Part shown: positions 38,300 to 49,448 of the stretch, piece after piece
Layout of the letters: every line of letters begins with the position of its first letter
Position numbering within the stretch: position 1 is the first letter of the stretch
Virus record (IMG/VR): IMGVR_UViG_3300020048_000018
Location: 96,001 to 160,000 of that record
DNA length: 64,000 bases
Direction: 5' to 3' (one strand)
Origin: a virus
Notes under the pieces: model-generated
What the model saw: only the letters and a program-made list of their open reading frames with translations
The model's database searches: none
Told to the model about the DNA's origin: nothing
Position numbers and translations under genes: made by a program

Positions 38300-38347
38300 T
38301 TTTAAAATATTTCAACCTGTACTCCTTTTTTTTGTTAATATATAATC

Positions 38348-40539
38348 ATGAGATTCACTTTAAGTAAAAGGATGAAATCTTATGGGAGAACAAATATGAA
38401 ATACTTTCCGATATTACAAGGATATAATCACTCGGCACCTAAGATAGAACTTAAAGTTCCTTGGGAATTAATCGCACTTCATGAAAAGCAAGCATATAGG
38501 AATCATGGTCAAACCTTAGAGCGTCTTGCTGAACGTGGAGGTCTTTGTTCATCTGAGATATTATCCGTAATATCGGATATTACATGGCAAGCCAACCTCG
38601 ACGAAGATTGGTGTCTTAATATTCTTGATGGGATTGTATCCGCTTTCAATAAACTTCAAGCAGTTAAAGACCTTCATAAAAAAATAGAGGAAATAATATA
38701 ATGGCAATTATAATAAGTTTTATTCTCGGAGTAATATTCCTTACAATTACCAGTTTTAGACTTGGAGTTCAATTTTCTGGAAATGGTGTATATAATTCTT
38801 TAGCTCCATATGTTGCAGATTACACTATCTGTAAGGAACTCGAAAGACGATACCCTTATCTCAGACTTCGAGAGAAGGTAAAAATGAAAAAAAGAGTACG
38901 ATTAGGTTTAGACATGGTTAGAAACTTAGATTATAGGTTTGATACAGAAATAAATATTGAAAGGTCTCTAAAAAATATAGAGGCTATACTAGAACAATAT
39001 ATAAAGGAAAGAGACGTATGAATGAAAGAATTGTGAAAAGGTTTAATTCTATTACCAAGAAATTTGATGTTATTGAATTTAGTGAATTAAAAGATGGAGA
39101 TTTTTTTCTATTGAGTGACCAAGAAACTTTTGGGTATCTGGCTAAAGCTGATGCTTACAAAAATGCTGAGGGTGTGTTTGGTATACATTGTGAAGCATAT
39201 AATCGAACCGAAATGCCTGAGTTTGTTAATGAAATACAGGATAAGTAATTATGAAACCCGAGATTGATAGGTTAACCTCAGTGGATTTCCCTGAGGCAGT
39301 TGGTAATTTAATCGAGGAAAACATTCTAACAGAAGATGAAAAAGAACTTCTTTGGGATTTTCTTTCCTCCTCATACGTAAGAATGGCAAATGGAAGTTAT
39401 GTTCCTAATCCTTATAAGAATATTGAATCCTTTACAAGTGACATCACTATGATTAGGCTGGGGGATATTTTTAATACGAGTTTTCCTTGTGATATTCTTT
39501 ATGTGTATTGGTGAATAGATGGGATATCATATTACTAAAATAGAAAAAGGTGAGTTGGGTTGGATTTCTAAAGTTCAAGAAGAAGTTGACGAGTTTAAGG
39601 ATGCACAAAAACAAAAATGTAAAATAATGGAAGACTTAGAACTTTCAGATATTTATGGTGCATTGGAAGCAGTTGCTGTTCAACGGGGTCTTACTATGGA
39701 AGACCTGAGGGTAATGAGTGATATTACTAAAAGAGCATTTTTAGATGGTACAAGAAAAAGTGAGATAAAATTATGAATGATTTAGCCCAAAGTAATCCAA
39801 CAATAAAAGATATTGTTACAGCAGACTCTCCAACTTTAGATATTAACTCAAACCTTAGAAGTTCAACTTTAATTTCTGTTAGACTTGAAAGTACTGTCCC
39901 CTCAGCATATAGGCTAGTTAGATATCATCACAACTCTGAGCCTATTCTTCAAGGACAATATTTCTGGAATCAAGGATTTAATCAAGGATTTGAATGGAGA
40001 GATATCCCCACAATAAACCTTAATGAAGAGGTGAATAAGAAATGAACAGGACTAGAAAAAATAAAACAGTTATTGATGCTTTTCAAAAAGCCTTTATAGA
40101 AGCACAGAAGTTTAAATCCCGAGGCGAAGATGTTTCACTTTTAAGATCCTTAATGTCTACACCTTTTCGCTCAAAGGTTAATACTTTTTGCGAAGAATTA
40201 ATTTTAGAAGCAAAAGAAACAGGAAGAGTTGGTCAACAAACTTTTTGTATCTCAATAAATTTGGATGAAGAATTTTCTTCTGAGAAAATAAAGTATTATG
40301 ATAAGAAAGATATAGATTTATTAATTCAAGTTTTTCTTCAAGCAAGGATATTTGATTTAGCAAACTCTCCATCCTTAGGAAGCTATGAGTCTTATGCGTT
40401 CAGTATTATTAATGATGTCTGTGAATTATTGGCAAATGATACTTATGAAGGTGTTAGCTTTGGGAGCATACATTTTAGTGGTAGTGAAAATACATTAAAT
40501 ATTGTGCTATGTCTCAAGGAGTATAACTTTGTGGTATAG
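38348..40539 (+). other. Cluster of small tightly coupled hypothetical ORFs (38348, 38701, 39018, 39251, 39519, 39773, 40042)
   Basis: Overlapping start/stop codons, preceded by a TGTTAATATA motif. Confidence 0.7.
39519..39776 (+). CDS. MazG/HisE-like all-alpha NTP pyrophosphohydrolase
   Basis: KVQEEVDEFKDA...ELSDIYGAL (EExxE...ExxD). Confidence 0.55.
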   Translation: MGYHITKIEKGELGWISKVQEEVDEFKDAQKQKCKIMEDLELSDIYGALEAVAVQRGLTMEDLRVMSDITKRAFLDGTRKSEIKL

Positions 40540-41062
40540 AACTGGAAAAAAAGAGTTTCCTCAAGTAGGGGAAGAGTGTTTAGTATATTTTGCCTATACA
40601 GGTTATAGCATAGAAACCTTCTCATATGAAACAGATGAGTTCGGAACTTCCTTTTGTTTTAGTGGAGCTAAAGGTTGGCTCAGTGATGAAGATTTACTTT
40701 GGATTCCTATCTCAAGTATAGAAGGTTTCAAAGATTTAAATAAATCAATTATTGCTTTATACCCCATTCCAGAATCTTATTGTAAAGACCCTAAGTTTAT
40801 GAAGTGGGATAATCCAGATAAAATATTTAAAGCTGTTATGCTTAATGAAGAGTATGTCCATCCAACAGTAGAAGAACCAATCTTCTTAAAACAAGGTGCA
40901 GTATTTGGTGTAACTGGAGACTGGAATGATACCTATAATTGTGTTCAAACCATTGAAGGTGATACGACCGGATATCAAATTCCAAAAGCACTTTGCTCTG
41001 AGATAGAATTATCAGTTTATAAGGCTATTGGTGAACTGGGAAAAGAATATGGTAGATTATAA
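40502..41062 (+). CDS. Hypothetical protein (DUF551-like N-terminus)
   Basis: W...PQVGEECLV...W.PI pattern. Confidence 0.5.
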   Translation: MCYVSRSITLWYRTGKKEFPQVGEECLVYFAYTGYSIETFSYETDEFGTSFCFSGAKGWLSDEDLLWIPISSIEGFKDLNKSIIALYPIPESYCKDPKFMKWDNPDKIFKAVMLNEEYVHPTVEEPIFLKQGAVFGVTGDWNDTYNCVQTIEGDTTGYQIPKALCSEIELSVYKAIGELGKEYGRL

Positions 41063-41633
41063 ACTCTTAGGTGAATCTGTAGACTTTTATAAAAAGGAAG
41101 GTTTCAATTATATTGAAGCTCCTTGGTATGTGTCAGATGAAATAAAGTCTATCACCCGACCAGAGAACTGTTCTAAAGAGTTTGATTACTATTTACCCTT
41201 AAATAATAAGTTTCTGGTTGCAAGTGGTGAACAATCCTTTTTGTATCTTTATTCAAAGGGTTTTATATCTGAGGGGACATACCAAACAATAACTCCTTGT
41301 TTTAGGTTTGAGGAAATAAATATTCTTCATAAAAAAGTTTTTATGAAAAATGAACTAATAAAACTTTTCAATGTTAGACTATTAGATTCTGAAATAAAGT
41401 CTACCGTTTTGGAACAGCTTGATATTGCAAATGCTTTCTTTAGTGTTATTGGAATTAAAAACATTGAAGTACGAGAAGTTAAACAAAGTAATTCAATAAT
41501 GAATTATGATATTGAAGCGGATGGTATTGAATTAGGTTCATATGGTTACAGAGAATATAAAGACATGTATTGGATTTATTCAACAGGATGTGCAGAACCT
41601 AGAACAAGTATTGTCTTAAGGATGCAAAAATGA
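41047..41633 (+). CDS. Minimal class II aminoacyl-tRNA-synthetase-like catalytic domain
   Basis: LVASGEQSFL, TPCFRFE (motif 2), FMKNEL, DIEADGIELGSYG, TGCAEPR (motif 3). No anticodon-binding domain. Start approximate. Confidence 0.65.
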
Positions 41634-42421
41634 TTAACAGTATTATTTTTATTGTTTTGTTTGGTTGTTTAATTGGGATTTATTTTTTCTTAAACTTGTT
41701 ATGGAAAAGACATCTTTCTATTCTTGAAGGTAACTGCTACAAAGATGGGACAAAGCTTGAGCATTGTCTTCTTGGATTTTCAGTTTGTCCTAAGTGTGGA
41801 AAAATCTATAATTTTTCATTGGAAAAAATGTTGTGATAGTATCCTCAGCAGTACAATTAAATGATGGAAGAGTTTTTGTGGGACGAAGACATGGAGATGC
41901 ATATAAAGCTATAAAGGAAATATATGACCCATCTGATATAAACAAAATTGAGGTTCTTTCTTTACTCCGAGGGAATATTCAGGGATTTTTAACAGATACT
42001 TTAGTATTCCTCACTCGGGAAGAAGCTTACATTGAAGCAAAAAAATGTGGACAGCTTCGAGGTCTTTGTGAAGAACATCCCCTTTATTCTGAGGATCTCT
42101 GGACAAACCAAGTAGAAACAAAAGAATTATTAGACCTTCATGTGAAAAATTTAAGTAAGTCATTATTAGACTCAATAGATTTTTGTGAGTTAGTTTCTAC
42201 AAATCTTAAAAAAGCTCAGGAGAGGTGAAATGGGACACAAATCTAAACTACATCCTTTTATTACTACGATATCCAGAGAAGTTTTATTTGGACGTTATGA
42301 GGAAAGGGATTATACAACCTTTCCCTTAAAGATTATTAGGTTAGCTAAACCTATATGTGTTAGAGATCGGATATATTCCGAGTATGCTTTAGAAGAACCT
42401 GTTGGAATACTTCCCCAGTGA
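41630..42421 (+). other. Three small ORFs (41630 membrane/Zn, 41833 conserved phage protein, 42230)
   Basis: Coupled starts. GRRHGD...QGFLT...TREEA...LYSEDLW pattern in the 41833 ORF. Confidence 0.6.
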
Positions 42422-42487
42422 AATCTTAAAAGATTGTTAATCTAACTAATAAGAATTAAAAGTATAAAACTTACATGGAGGTTTAAT

Positions 42488-42664
42488 ATGATGAAAATGG
42501 TTGACCTTGTTAAAGGTACAAAAGTAGTAGATATTTTCTATCGAGAAAATGGAATAGGTGAAATTACCAGTATTAAGAGAACTGTTCTTAGAGTTAAATT
42601 TGATAATAAAACTGTAGCATATGATATTAATAAAGCTCTAAAAGATTTAGAGGTTTCAGTATGA
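42488..42664 (+). CDS. Small ORF missed by the track (58 aa)
   Basis: GGAGG RBS, ATG at 42488, TGA overlapping the ATG of 42661. Confidence 0.6.
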   Translation: MMKMVDLVKGTKVVDIFYRENGIGEITSIKRTVLRVKFDNKTVAYDINKALKDLEVSV

Positions 42665-43218
42665 AATACTGGTTTATTTCCGATTGGCATTTCGGGCATG
42701 ACAGAGACTTCATCTGGGGTAAACGAGGGTATTCCTCTGTACAAGAACATGATGAAGATTTAATCTCTAAGTTTAATTCAAAAGTTGGAACAAAGGATAT
42801 CACCTATTTTCTTGGAGATTTTTGTTTTAACAAAGAGTTTGATAAATACCTTAGTAGACTTAATGGTAATTTTATTATCCTTTGTGGAAATCATGACAAG
42901 GACTTTTTCAGGCATCTTAGCAGTATTAGCTGTAAAACAAAACAGAAAATTATTAAGTTTACCACAGGTTTTATTGATATTTCTCTTCAAGGAAAGCCTA
43001 TAACTCTTTGTCATTTTGCTATGCACTCTTGGAACAAATCTCACTTTAATGCAGGACATTTGTATGGGCATCATCATTATGCTACAGATTTTGGAGGGAA
43101 AACCTTAAATGTTACTGTAGATGGTCATAATGGATACCCTTATTCTGAGGAAGAGATTACAAGTATTCTGGAAAGTCTCCCAAACAATTGGGATTATATC
43201 GAAAAGAAACGAGATTAA
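42661..43218 (+). CDS. Calcineurin-like metallophosphoesterase
   Basis: SDWHFGH, LGDF, GNHD, HLYGHHH. Confidence 0.9.
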   Translation: MKYWFISDWHFGHDRDFIWGKRGYSSVQEHDEDLISKFNSKVGTKDITYFLGDFCFNKEFDKYLSRLNGNFIILCGNHDKDFFRHLSSISCKTKQKIIKFTTGFIDISLQGKPITLCHFAMHSWNKSHFNAGHLYGHHHYATDFGGKTLNVTVDGHNGYPYSEEEITSILESLPNNWDYIEKKRD

Positions 43219-43361
43219 GTTTGTTTTAATTTGACCTTCCCTTTTTTGTGTTTTAGAAATATTTAGAATTTCACAATCTGAAAAACAAAGTCATTTTAAT
43301 TTCAACAACTAAATACCCTATCAGGCATTGTACCTGAAAATTAAATGTATAGGTGGTTATT

Positions 43362-43565
43362 ATGAGTCAAGAATTGTTCCTTATCAATTCACAAATTTCC
43401 GAGATTGAAAAGAATCTATCGGAACCCGAAAAGCTAGGTTCAGAAACGGAGGTATACTCCAGAATTTCGGGTTACTATCGTTCAGTTAAAAATTGGAACA
43501 AAGGCAAGTTTGCCGAGCTTCTTGAGCGTAAAGATTACAATGTTGCAGTAGGATGTTGTAATTAA
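43362..43565 (+). CDS. Standalone NrdD-type glycyl-radical C-terminal peptide
   Basis: TEVYSRISGYYRSVKNWNKGK.AE...RK.Y. Confidence 0.8.
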   Translation: MSQELFLINSQISEIEKNLSEPEKLGSETEVYSRISGYYRSVKNWNKGKFAELLERKDYNVAVGCCN

Positions 43566-43614
43566 CAAAGATTTAGTGAGAGATTTTTAGAGTCTCTCAC
43601 TATGGAGGTAAATA

Positions 43615-44070
43615 ATGTCAGCTTCTCTCTTAGATGAAGCCATTCGTGGTCTCACAATAAAAAAACAATTAGCAGAACCAGAATCAATTCTTCAACAACT
43701 TGTCTCCCGTGATAAATTAGGTAGGACTGGATGGGATTTAATTGTTTCACAAATAGAAAACTTGGAATTATATTATTATTATTTTTCTTCCTTCATCTTC
43801 TTAGATGTCCCGTTTAAGGATACTAACGTGTGGATTAAACTATCACATGGGATTCCTCAAGTTATGAGGGTCTCCTTTGACAAGGAATTAATCAGTGACA
43901 TGTATTCAAGTGATTATAATCCATTAATGTGTGAGGTTAGGTGTCCCGTGAAACATGACCAAATATGGGGAAACCTCTCAAGACTTATCGTCTCCTATGG
44001 CGAGAGTCCACAGTCTTGTACTTGGAAAAACTTGAAAGAAGTTTATCTTAAACATAAAAAGGGAGAATAA
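43615..44070 (+). CDS. Hypothetical protein
   Basis: GGAGG RBS. An agtgagaga...tctctcact hairpin lies upstream. Confidence 0.65.
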   Translation: MSASLLDEAIRGLTIKKQLAEPESILQQLVSRDKLGRTGWDLIVSQIENLELYYYYFSSFIFLDVPFKDTNVWIKLSHGIPQVMRVSFDKELISDMYSSDYNPLMCEVRCPVKHDQIWGNLSRLIVSYGESPQSCTWKNLKEVYLKHKKGE

Positions 44071-44073
44071 CAA

Positions 44074-44703
44074 ATGATCTTTACTGATGAACAGTATGAT
44101 AACCTGTTGGAATATACTCAGGAATTAAGTAAAAACTCCGGTACGTCTGTCTCAGATTATCACTATTCCAGAACTTATAAGCATAAGAATGACGTTAAAG
44201 ATTATTACAATTACCTTTTAAGCGTACTTCCTCCTTCCACAAAGTTGGTTAAGATAGATGAACATGATTTCGATAAGGTTAGTCTTATCTATCAAATTCT
44301 TCCCTACTGTTTAACTAACTGGAAATATAAATGCTTCCTTGAAAATATTACTTATGATATACCGGAAAAATATAAGGACATGTGCCATGAAGCAACTGTA
44401 AACCATGTTAAGTTTGGTAAGCATCATCCTGAGTATTGGGATTTTGACCAAGAAAATCTTATCTCAAAAGATAATAGAGATGGGGTTTCACGAGTTATTG
44501 ATGGTACCCAAATGCCCTTAGACTTCATTGAGGAAATGGCGGCTGATATTTGTGCAGTGGCTAAGGAAAGAGGAAACTCACCTGAAAGTTGGCTCGATAA
44601 AAATATTGGAACTCGATGGAAACTTAAGTCTAATCAGGAATCTCATCTTCGAGAATGTGTAGAAATAATTAAAGGATCACCTAAATGGAAGGATTTGCTT
44701 TAG
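44074..44703 (+). CDS. DUF5662-like HD-domain protein
   Basis: KHKND.V, EHDFDK, HVKFGKHHPEYW, EEMAADI. Confidence 0.6.
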   Translation: MIFTDEQYDNLLEYTQELSKNSGTSVSDYHYSRTYKHKNDVKDYYNYLLSVLPPSTKLVKIDEHDFDKVSLIYQILPYCLTNWKYKCFLENITYDIPEKYKDMCHEATVNHVKFGKHHPEYWDFDQENLISKDNRDGVSRVIDGTQMPLDFIEEMAADICAVAKERGNSPESWLDKNIGTRWKLKSNQESHLRECVEIIKGSPKWKDLL

Positions 44704-45428
44704 GACCACGTTCTGATGTTGAAGAAAAGTGTGTAGCTCTCTATGCGAGTTACTATAAAATACCTTGCAGAAAGTTTGTTAAGCCCAGTGAAGTACCTCC
44801 AAATTGGATTCCAGTTGGAACAGTAGATTGGTTTTTGAACTCTACCAATTGGAATGTAGAGGCAGACAATTATCCCGAGTTTCTTTCGTCTTGGCTAAAG
44901 AGAAAGGTTTGGAAAACAAATGATTGGCCCCTTGGACAAAAGGTTTTCATCAAGCCCTCTGACAAATTAAAAAGATTTAATGGTAGAGTTACTGATGGTT
45001 CCTATAAGGGAAAGAAAAAAGGTCCGTATTATTGTTCAGACATTGTACACTTCACTAATGAATGGCGGTATTATATTTCTCATGGAAAAGTTGTAAGTGC
45101 CTGTTGGTATGCAGGTCAGGACGAAGATAAACCTGCACCAGTTTTAGACGTAGTATATCTTGATTGGTGGGTAGGTAGTGCAGACTTTGGGGAAACATCC
45201 GATAGAGGAATTTGTCTTGTCGAAGCGCATGAGCCATTTTCGGTGGGGGCATATATGGGACTTAAGGACTTTAAAATTTATGGTCAATGGATTGTTGAGG
45301 GTTATGAATATTTAGAAAATAAATATAGTACGCATTGTACACATTGTATTCATGAGTTTGACTGTCCGATTGGATATAATACTGATGTGAGAAGATGTAA
45401 GACGTTTAAGGGGGTTGTTAATGGATAA
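44685..45428 (+). CDS. ATP-grasp domain protein (DUF4343/R2K-like)
   Basis: VFIKP...KRFNG, SD.V.FTNEWRYY, DFG...LVEAH. Confidence 0.7.
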   Translation: MEGFALGPRSDVEEKCVALYASYYKIPCRKFVKPSEVPPNWIPVGTVDWFLNSTNWNVEADNYPEFLSSWLKRKVWKTNDWPLGQKVFIKPSDKLKRFNGRVTDGSYKGKKKGPYYCSDIVHFTNEWRYYISHGKVVSACWYAGQDEDKPAPVLDVVYLDWWVGSADFGETSDRGICLVEAHEPFSVGAYMGLKDFKIYGQWIVEGYEYLENKYSTHCTHCIHEFDCPIGYNTDVRRCKTFKGVVNG

Positions 45429-45648
45429 AATGTCATTTTATGACTATCTTTCAACTTGGGATTCCGAGGATGGAAGTGTTGATGATAAATGGAAACAACA
45501 CTGGATAAAATCTGTTCCTAGTCTTCTTTCAGACAAAAATACCCAAGTCCATGTAGGGGATTGTACAAACCAATGTTGCTCCTGTTGCTTATGTACCGTA
45601 GAAACAATGCTTAGAGAATATAGAGAATACTTTTTTGAGAAATAATTT

Positions 45649-45670
45649 GAGCTACTCCTAGGAGTAGCTC
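45649..45670. terminator. Perfect 22-bp palindrome, bidirectional terminator
   Basis: gagctactcct|aggagtagctc between convergent genes. Confidence 0.75.
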
Positions 45671-45931
45671 TTTTAATTTAAAGATTTTTAATTTCTAAAT
45701 ATTCTATAGTTAGATCAGGATAATCTGCATCTTCAACCAGTTGATCGGTGAAACGGGTTAGCCTTGCCAACTTTTCTTTATAGTGTTTCACTTCCTTGTC
45801 ATACTCTGCAATAAGTGTTGAAAGGGCAATATACGTTTGATGTTCTGATAGATTACTTGCTGACATAACTGTATGAAAGGCAGGGTCTAACTTTGGCAAG
45901 ATGAAATTATTTGTAGTCATTTTATTTTCCT

Positions 45932-46729
45932 TCACATTGCTTTCAATGTTTCATTGTCTACCATATCAAATTCTTCTAAGAAGAACCAGAAGGTAAAACC
46001 ATCATTAAATCTAATAACATATTGATCTGGGTCATTAGAATCTCTACTTACTACACGTCCAATTTTACCTAAGTGATTTTTTAGTTTCTCATAAAGTTCT
46101 TTTGAACATTCACCTAAATCAGAAATTTGTACAAACCTTATATCATCTCCAATAAAAGTATTTTCCTCAGAACAATCCCCCTTGTGACCTAGTGTTTTGA
46201 AAGTATAATCTTTGTCATCTGGGTCGAAAGATGAAAACCCTTCATAGACTCTATCCACTATTTTTTCAATTTTTTTATAAGCTTCTAAAATCATTTCAGT
46301 AAAAAAATTCTCTGAAACAGAACTTATATTCTGAGAAGGTTTTACTTTGGATTTTCCCGTTGAAACACTATAATGTTTTTCATATTTCTGAGTAGTATGG
46401 TCTAACTCCACATAGAAGTTCCCACCTTTCTCTATAAGTTTAATTATAAAAGCACCTGAGTCTTGGTATACGTCAAGTTCCCGTGGACTTCGTTTTATAG
46501 TTTCTAAGACTATGCCATTATTAGGATTACCAAAGATACCGGGCAAGGCTATCTTAACATTATTAGCAAAGATTTTATTTATATTTTCAACCTCAAATAT
46601 TGAGTTTACTTCTATATTATCAGGATCTCTTCGGGATTTAAGGTCAGCGTTTCTTTGTACCCAATCAGGTTGTTTTGTAAGTCCCACAGTCCGTAAGGCT
46701 TCTTTTATGTTTTTCTTATAGATTTCCAT
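45932..46729 (-). CDS. Hypothetical late protein
   Basis: AGGAG RBS and ACTAATT upstream. Coupled to 45678..45935. Confidence 0.65.
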   Translation of the reverse strand: MEIYKKNIKEALRTVGLTKQPDWVQRNADLKSRRDPDNIEVNSIFEVENINKIFANNVKIALPGIFGNPNNGIVLETIKRSPRELDVYQDSGAFIIKLIEKGGNFYVELDHTTQKYEKHYSVSTGKSKVKPSQNISSVSENFFTEMILEAYKKIEKIVDRVYEGFSSFDPDDKDYTFKTLGHKGDCSEENTFIGDDIRFVQISDLGECSKELYEKLKNHLGKIGRVVSRDSNDPDQYVIRFNDGFTFWFFLEEFDMVDNETLKAM

Positions 46730-46790
46730 TTTAATTCTCCTGTTTAATTAATTAGTAGCGTTTTCATAAAATGTTCTAAATTAGTGAAAA

Positions 46791-46826
46791 AGTTTTGAAC
46801 TTTTCCTGAAAGTCCTATATATTATA
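46791..46826 (+). promoter_or_regulatory. Early promoter TTGAAC-N17-TATATT
   Basis: TTGAAC at 46795-46800 and TATATT at 46818-46823. Confidence 0.8.
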
Positions 46827-46850
46827 TATGTAAGGATAAAGGAGAATACT

Positions 46851-47975
46851 ATGGCAAATGCCACTATTTTTGATGTTATTACCCCCAAATGGGACTCACT
46901 TCAGGCAATGTATGGTCTGCGAGACAAAGATAAAGAACGTATCATAGAAGCCTGTCAGCTTACCGAGGAAGCTATCAGCGACCTTGATATTTTCACTGAC
47001 ACGGAATCCATCATTTATGAAACCGTCAGTGAATTGTGCTATAAAAAACACTGGAAGATGAATCAGGAACAGTGGGACAACTTCCTTGCCTGTGTCAAGG
47101 CAATTTTCTCCGACATGAAAAAGATGGATGAATAGTATGGAAAACATACCTATTGAGTCCGTCCCTTTCGAGGAAGACCAGATTGCTAAGTTTGATAAAC
47201 TTGGAAAACATGCCAAGATAATGGTACTTTGCATGGCAGATAATATGGAAACAATCAAAAAACAGAATAGAGAGATTCTAGACTGTTTTCATGACAAAGG
47301 GAAGGGTCTGTATGTTATCGGGGTTATCGAGGGGGTAGCAGTCCTTGAGTATACCTATAATGCCCCATTTGAAAACGCCGTATACACTTCCGCATTCAAG
47401 AATGAAAAAGGTGAATGGCAAAAAACACACAACTGTTGTGCCACTGGTGAAGAAGCCCTTTTGTATGCTCTGGGAGAAAAGCATTTGGGTAGTAATTCCC
47501 AATTCCCTTTCTTTGCCACAAGAATGCTTGATTTGGATAAAGTATATGATAAAAAATAAGGTAAAGCCAAAGTTTTTTATCTACTACACCGACCTTGAGG
47601 GTACACATCCTGCATCTCATTTACGGGAGTGTACCAGTTTTATGTTTATACATCTTAAACCCGCACTGGATGAAAAACTTAAGCTGGAGATACTTTATCC
47701 AAACTTTAAGATTAAAGTAATAGAGGAAGTATTTAATGCAGAAAATGAGTTTTCATTCACTTGAGGATTTAATTGATTATGAGTTTAGTGAAGCCTTAAA
47801 ACATCCTATACCTTCTTTTGATGCCCCGTTTTTGGATAGGGAGTCAAGAGTTCATAACTGGCATAATCATATTGTTACCAGATATAAAGAGTTTTGGAAT
47901 GAACTCACTGAACGAGAAAGAAAGATGCTGTTCATCCAAGCTGTGGAAGATGCCTCTAATGAAGAATGGGATTAA
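46851..47975 (+). other. Early-gene cluster (46851, 47128, 47546, 47736 hypothetical ORFs)
   Basis: Coupled ORFs after the promoter, with a strong AAGGAG RBS. Confidence 0.65.
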
Positions 47976-47987
47976 TAAGGAAGACTC

Positions 47988-48410
47988 ATGAAAAATATTT
48001 TATTCTCTCTTTTTCTTGTTGTTATTTTTACGTCTTGTCAAGAAAAGACTACGTATATTCCAATGACCGTTTGGGACAAAGGCTCCTATCAAATAATTAA
48101 GGTAGAGAAAACAAAGGACTATCCTGAGATATATTCCGTTGTTCTTAAAACCTCAATTGCTTCAGTTCCCGAGACAAGTAATGAAATACTTCCTGACTCA
48201 GAGGATAATTTTATACTTGACTATTCCCTTATAAAGGAAGAACATTCCAGTCTTTATAACAGGGTAATGGAACTAAGAAGTAAAAAACTTTCCAAGGAAG
48301 AAAGATATAGGCTTGTGTATCTCCTTGCTGACGAAACTGATAAATTAAATTCTTTGGCATTTAATCTTAAACAGGAAATCGAAAAACAATTCATGGAGGA
48401 AGGTAGATGA
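47988..48410 (+). CDS. Putative lipoprotein
   Basis: MKNILFSLFLVVIFTS-C signal. Confidence 0.7.
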   Translation: MKNILFSLFLVVIFTSCQEKTTYIPMTVWDKGSYQIIKVEKTKDYPEIYSVVLKTSIASVPETSNEILPDSEDNFILDYSLIKEEHSSLYNRVMELRSKKLSKEERYRLVYLLADETDKLNSLAFNLKQEIEKQFMEEGR

Positions 48411-48684
48411 ATCTATCCCAGATAACAATTGGTAAAATAGTAATGACTAGTAATTCCGATTGGGAATCCTTTGATAAAAATATGACACCCATAAAGCGTA
48501 GAAGGGTGGGTTTTATAAAAGGTCTCACCCTCAATGCTTGCAATGAGCCTATCTGTCTTGTTGAGTTTGCAGATTACGATTACAATTTTAAAATAATGGA
48601 TGGAATAGTAAAGGTTTGCTCTATGCACCCGTCCAACCTTGAAGACTATAATGAAAAACTGTATTTCAATTGGGTGTATCCCTG

Positions 48685-48924
48685 ATGAAAAAAATACTTA
48701 TAGTTTTAAGTTTCTATTTAATAGTTACCCTTGGGGGATGTAAAGACTTAGTGGTTGAGAAATCTACCGGACTATATCAAACCTCTTATGATGTGATATT
48801 CCCTCCAGACTCAATTCATATTAAAAAAGAAAAAGACAGTTGGTATTCCTTTGAGAGAAAGGGAAAAAAATATCTGGTATATTATCGTAACTCTCTGGAT
48901 AATGTAACTATAATGGATTACTAA
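48685..48924 (+). CDS. Putative small lipoprotein
   Basis: MKKILIVLSFYLIVTLGG-C. Confidence 0.55.
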   Translation: MKKILIVLSFYLIVTLGGCKDLVVEKSTGLYQTSYDVIFPPDSIHIKKEKDSWYSFERKGKKYLVYYRNSLDNVTIMDY

Positions 48925-49448
48925 TGAAAGTAACTATCAAGGGTAGACATGTAAATCTGGGTTGTCATTTATTCAAGCATAAATGGAAATATGTATTTAG
49001 CTCCATCGTATCTATCCCTTTTCCTGTTCGGGTGTGTACTCGGTGTAGTGAAGTTCAACAACATCTAACCCTCCCTGCTTATGGTACAAGTTGGTTTACC
49101 TTGTGTAGCTACACTGACAAGGGAGCTAAAGACTGGGCTGATAAAAGTGGTATTAAACTCTAGTAAGGGGATATAAATGGGACGCAGTATTGTAGTACAG
49201 CCTAATGGGTTATTTGGATGTTTTTCTTCTATGGTGGATGATTTTATTACTCTTGACCGTACTGAGGAAGAATACATAGAAGGGATGGCAAAAGAAGCTT
49301 ATGACGACATGAAAGATAAATTGAAAAAAATATTTCTTACAAGAAGGGATATTTATTTCTTGGATTGGGAACGGTCTCTTGAGATAATGGGAAATGTTCA
49401 TGGCAAAAAAGCAGTAACAAAAATGTTAAAAACATTAAAGGTAGTAAA

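Noticed and set aside
47345-47545. Second overprinted gene pair
   Set aside because: The downstream ORF is better explained by a start at ATG 47546 with only a short terminal overlap.
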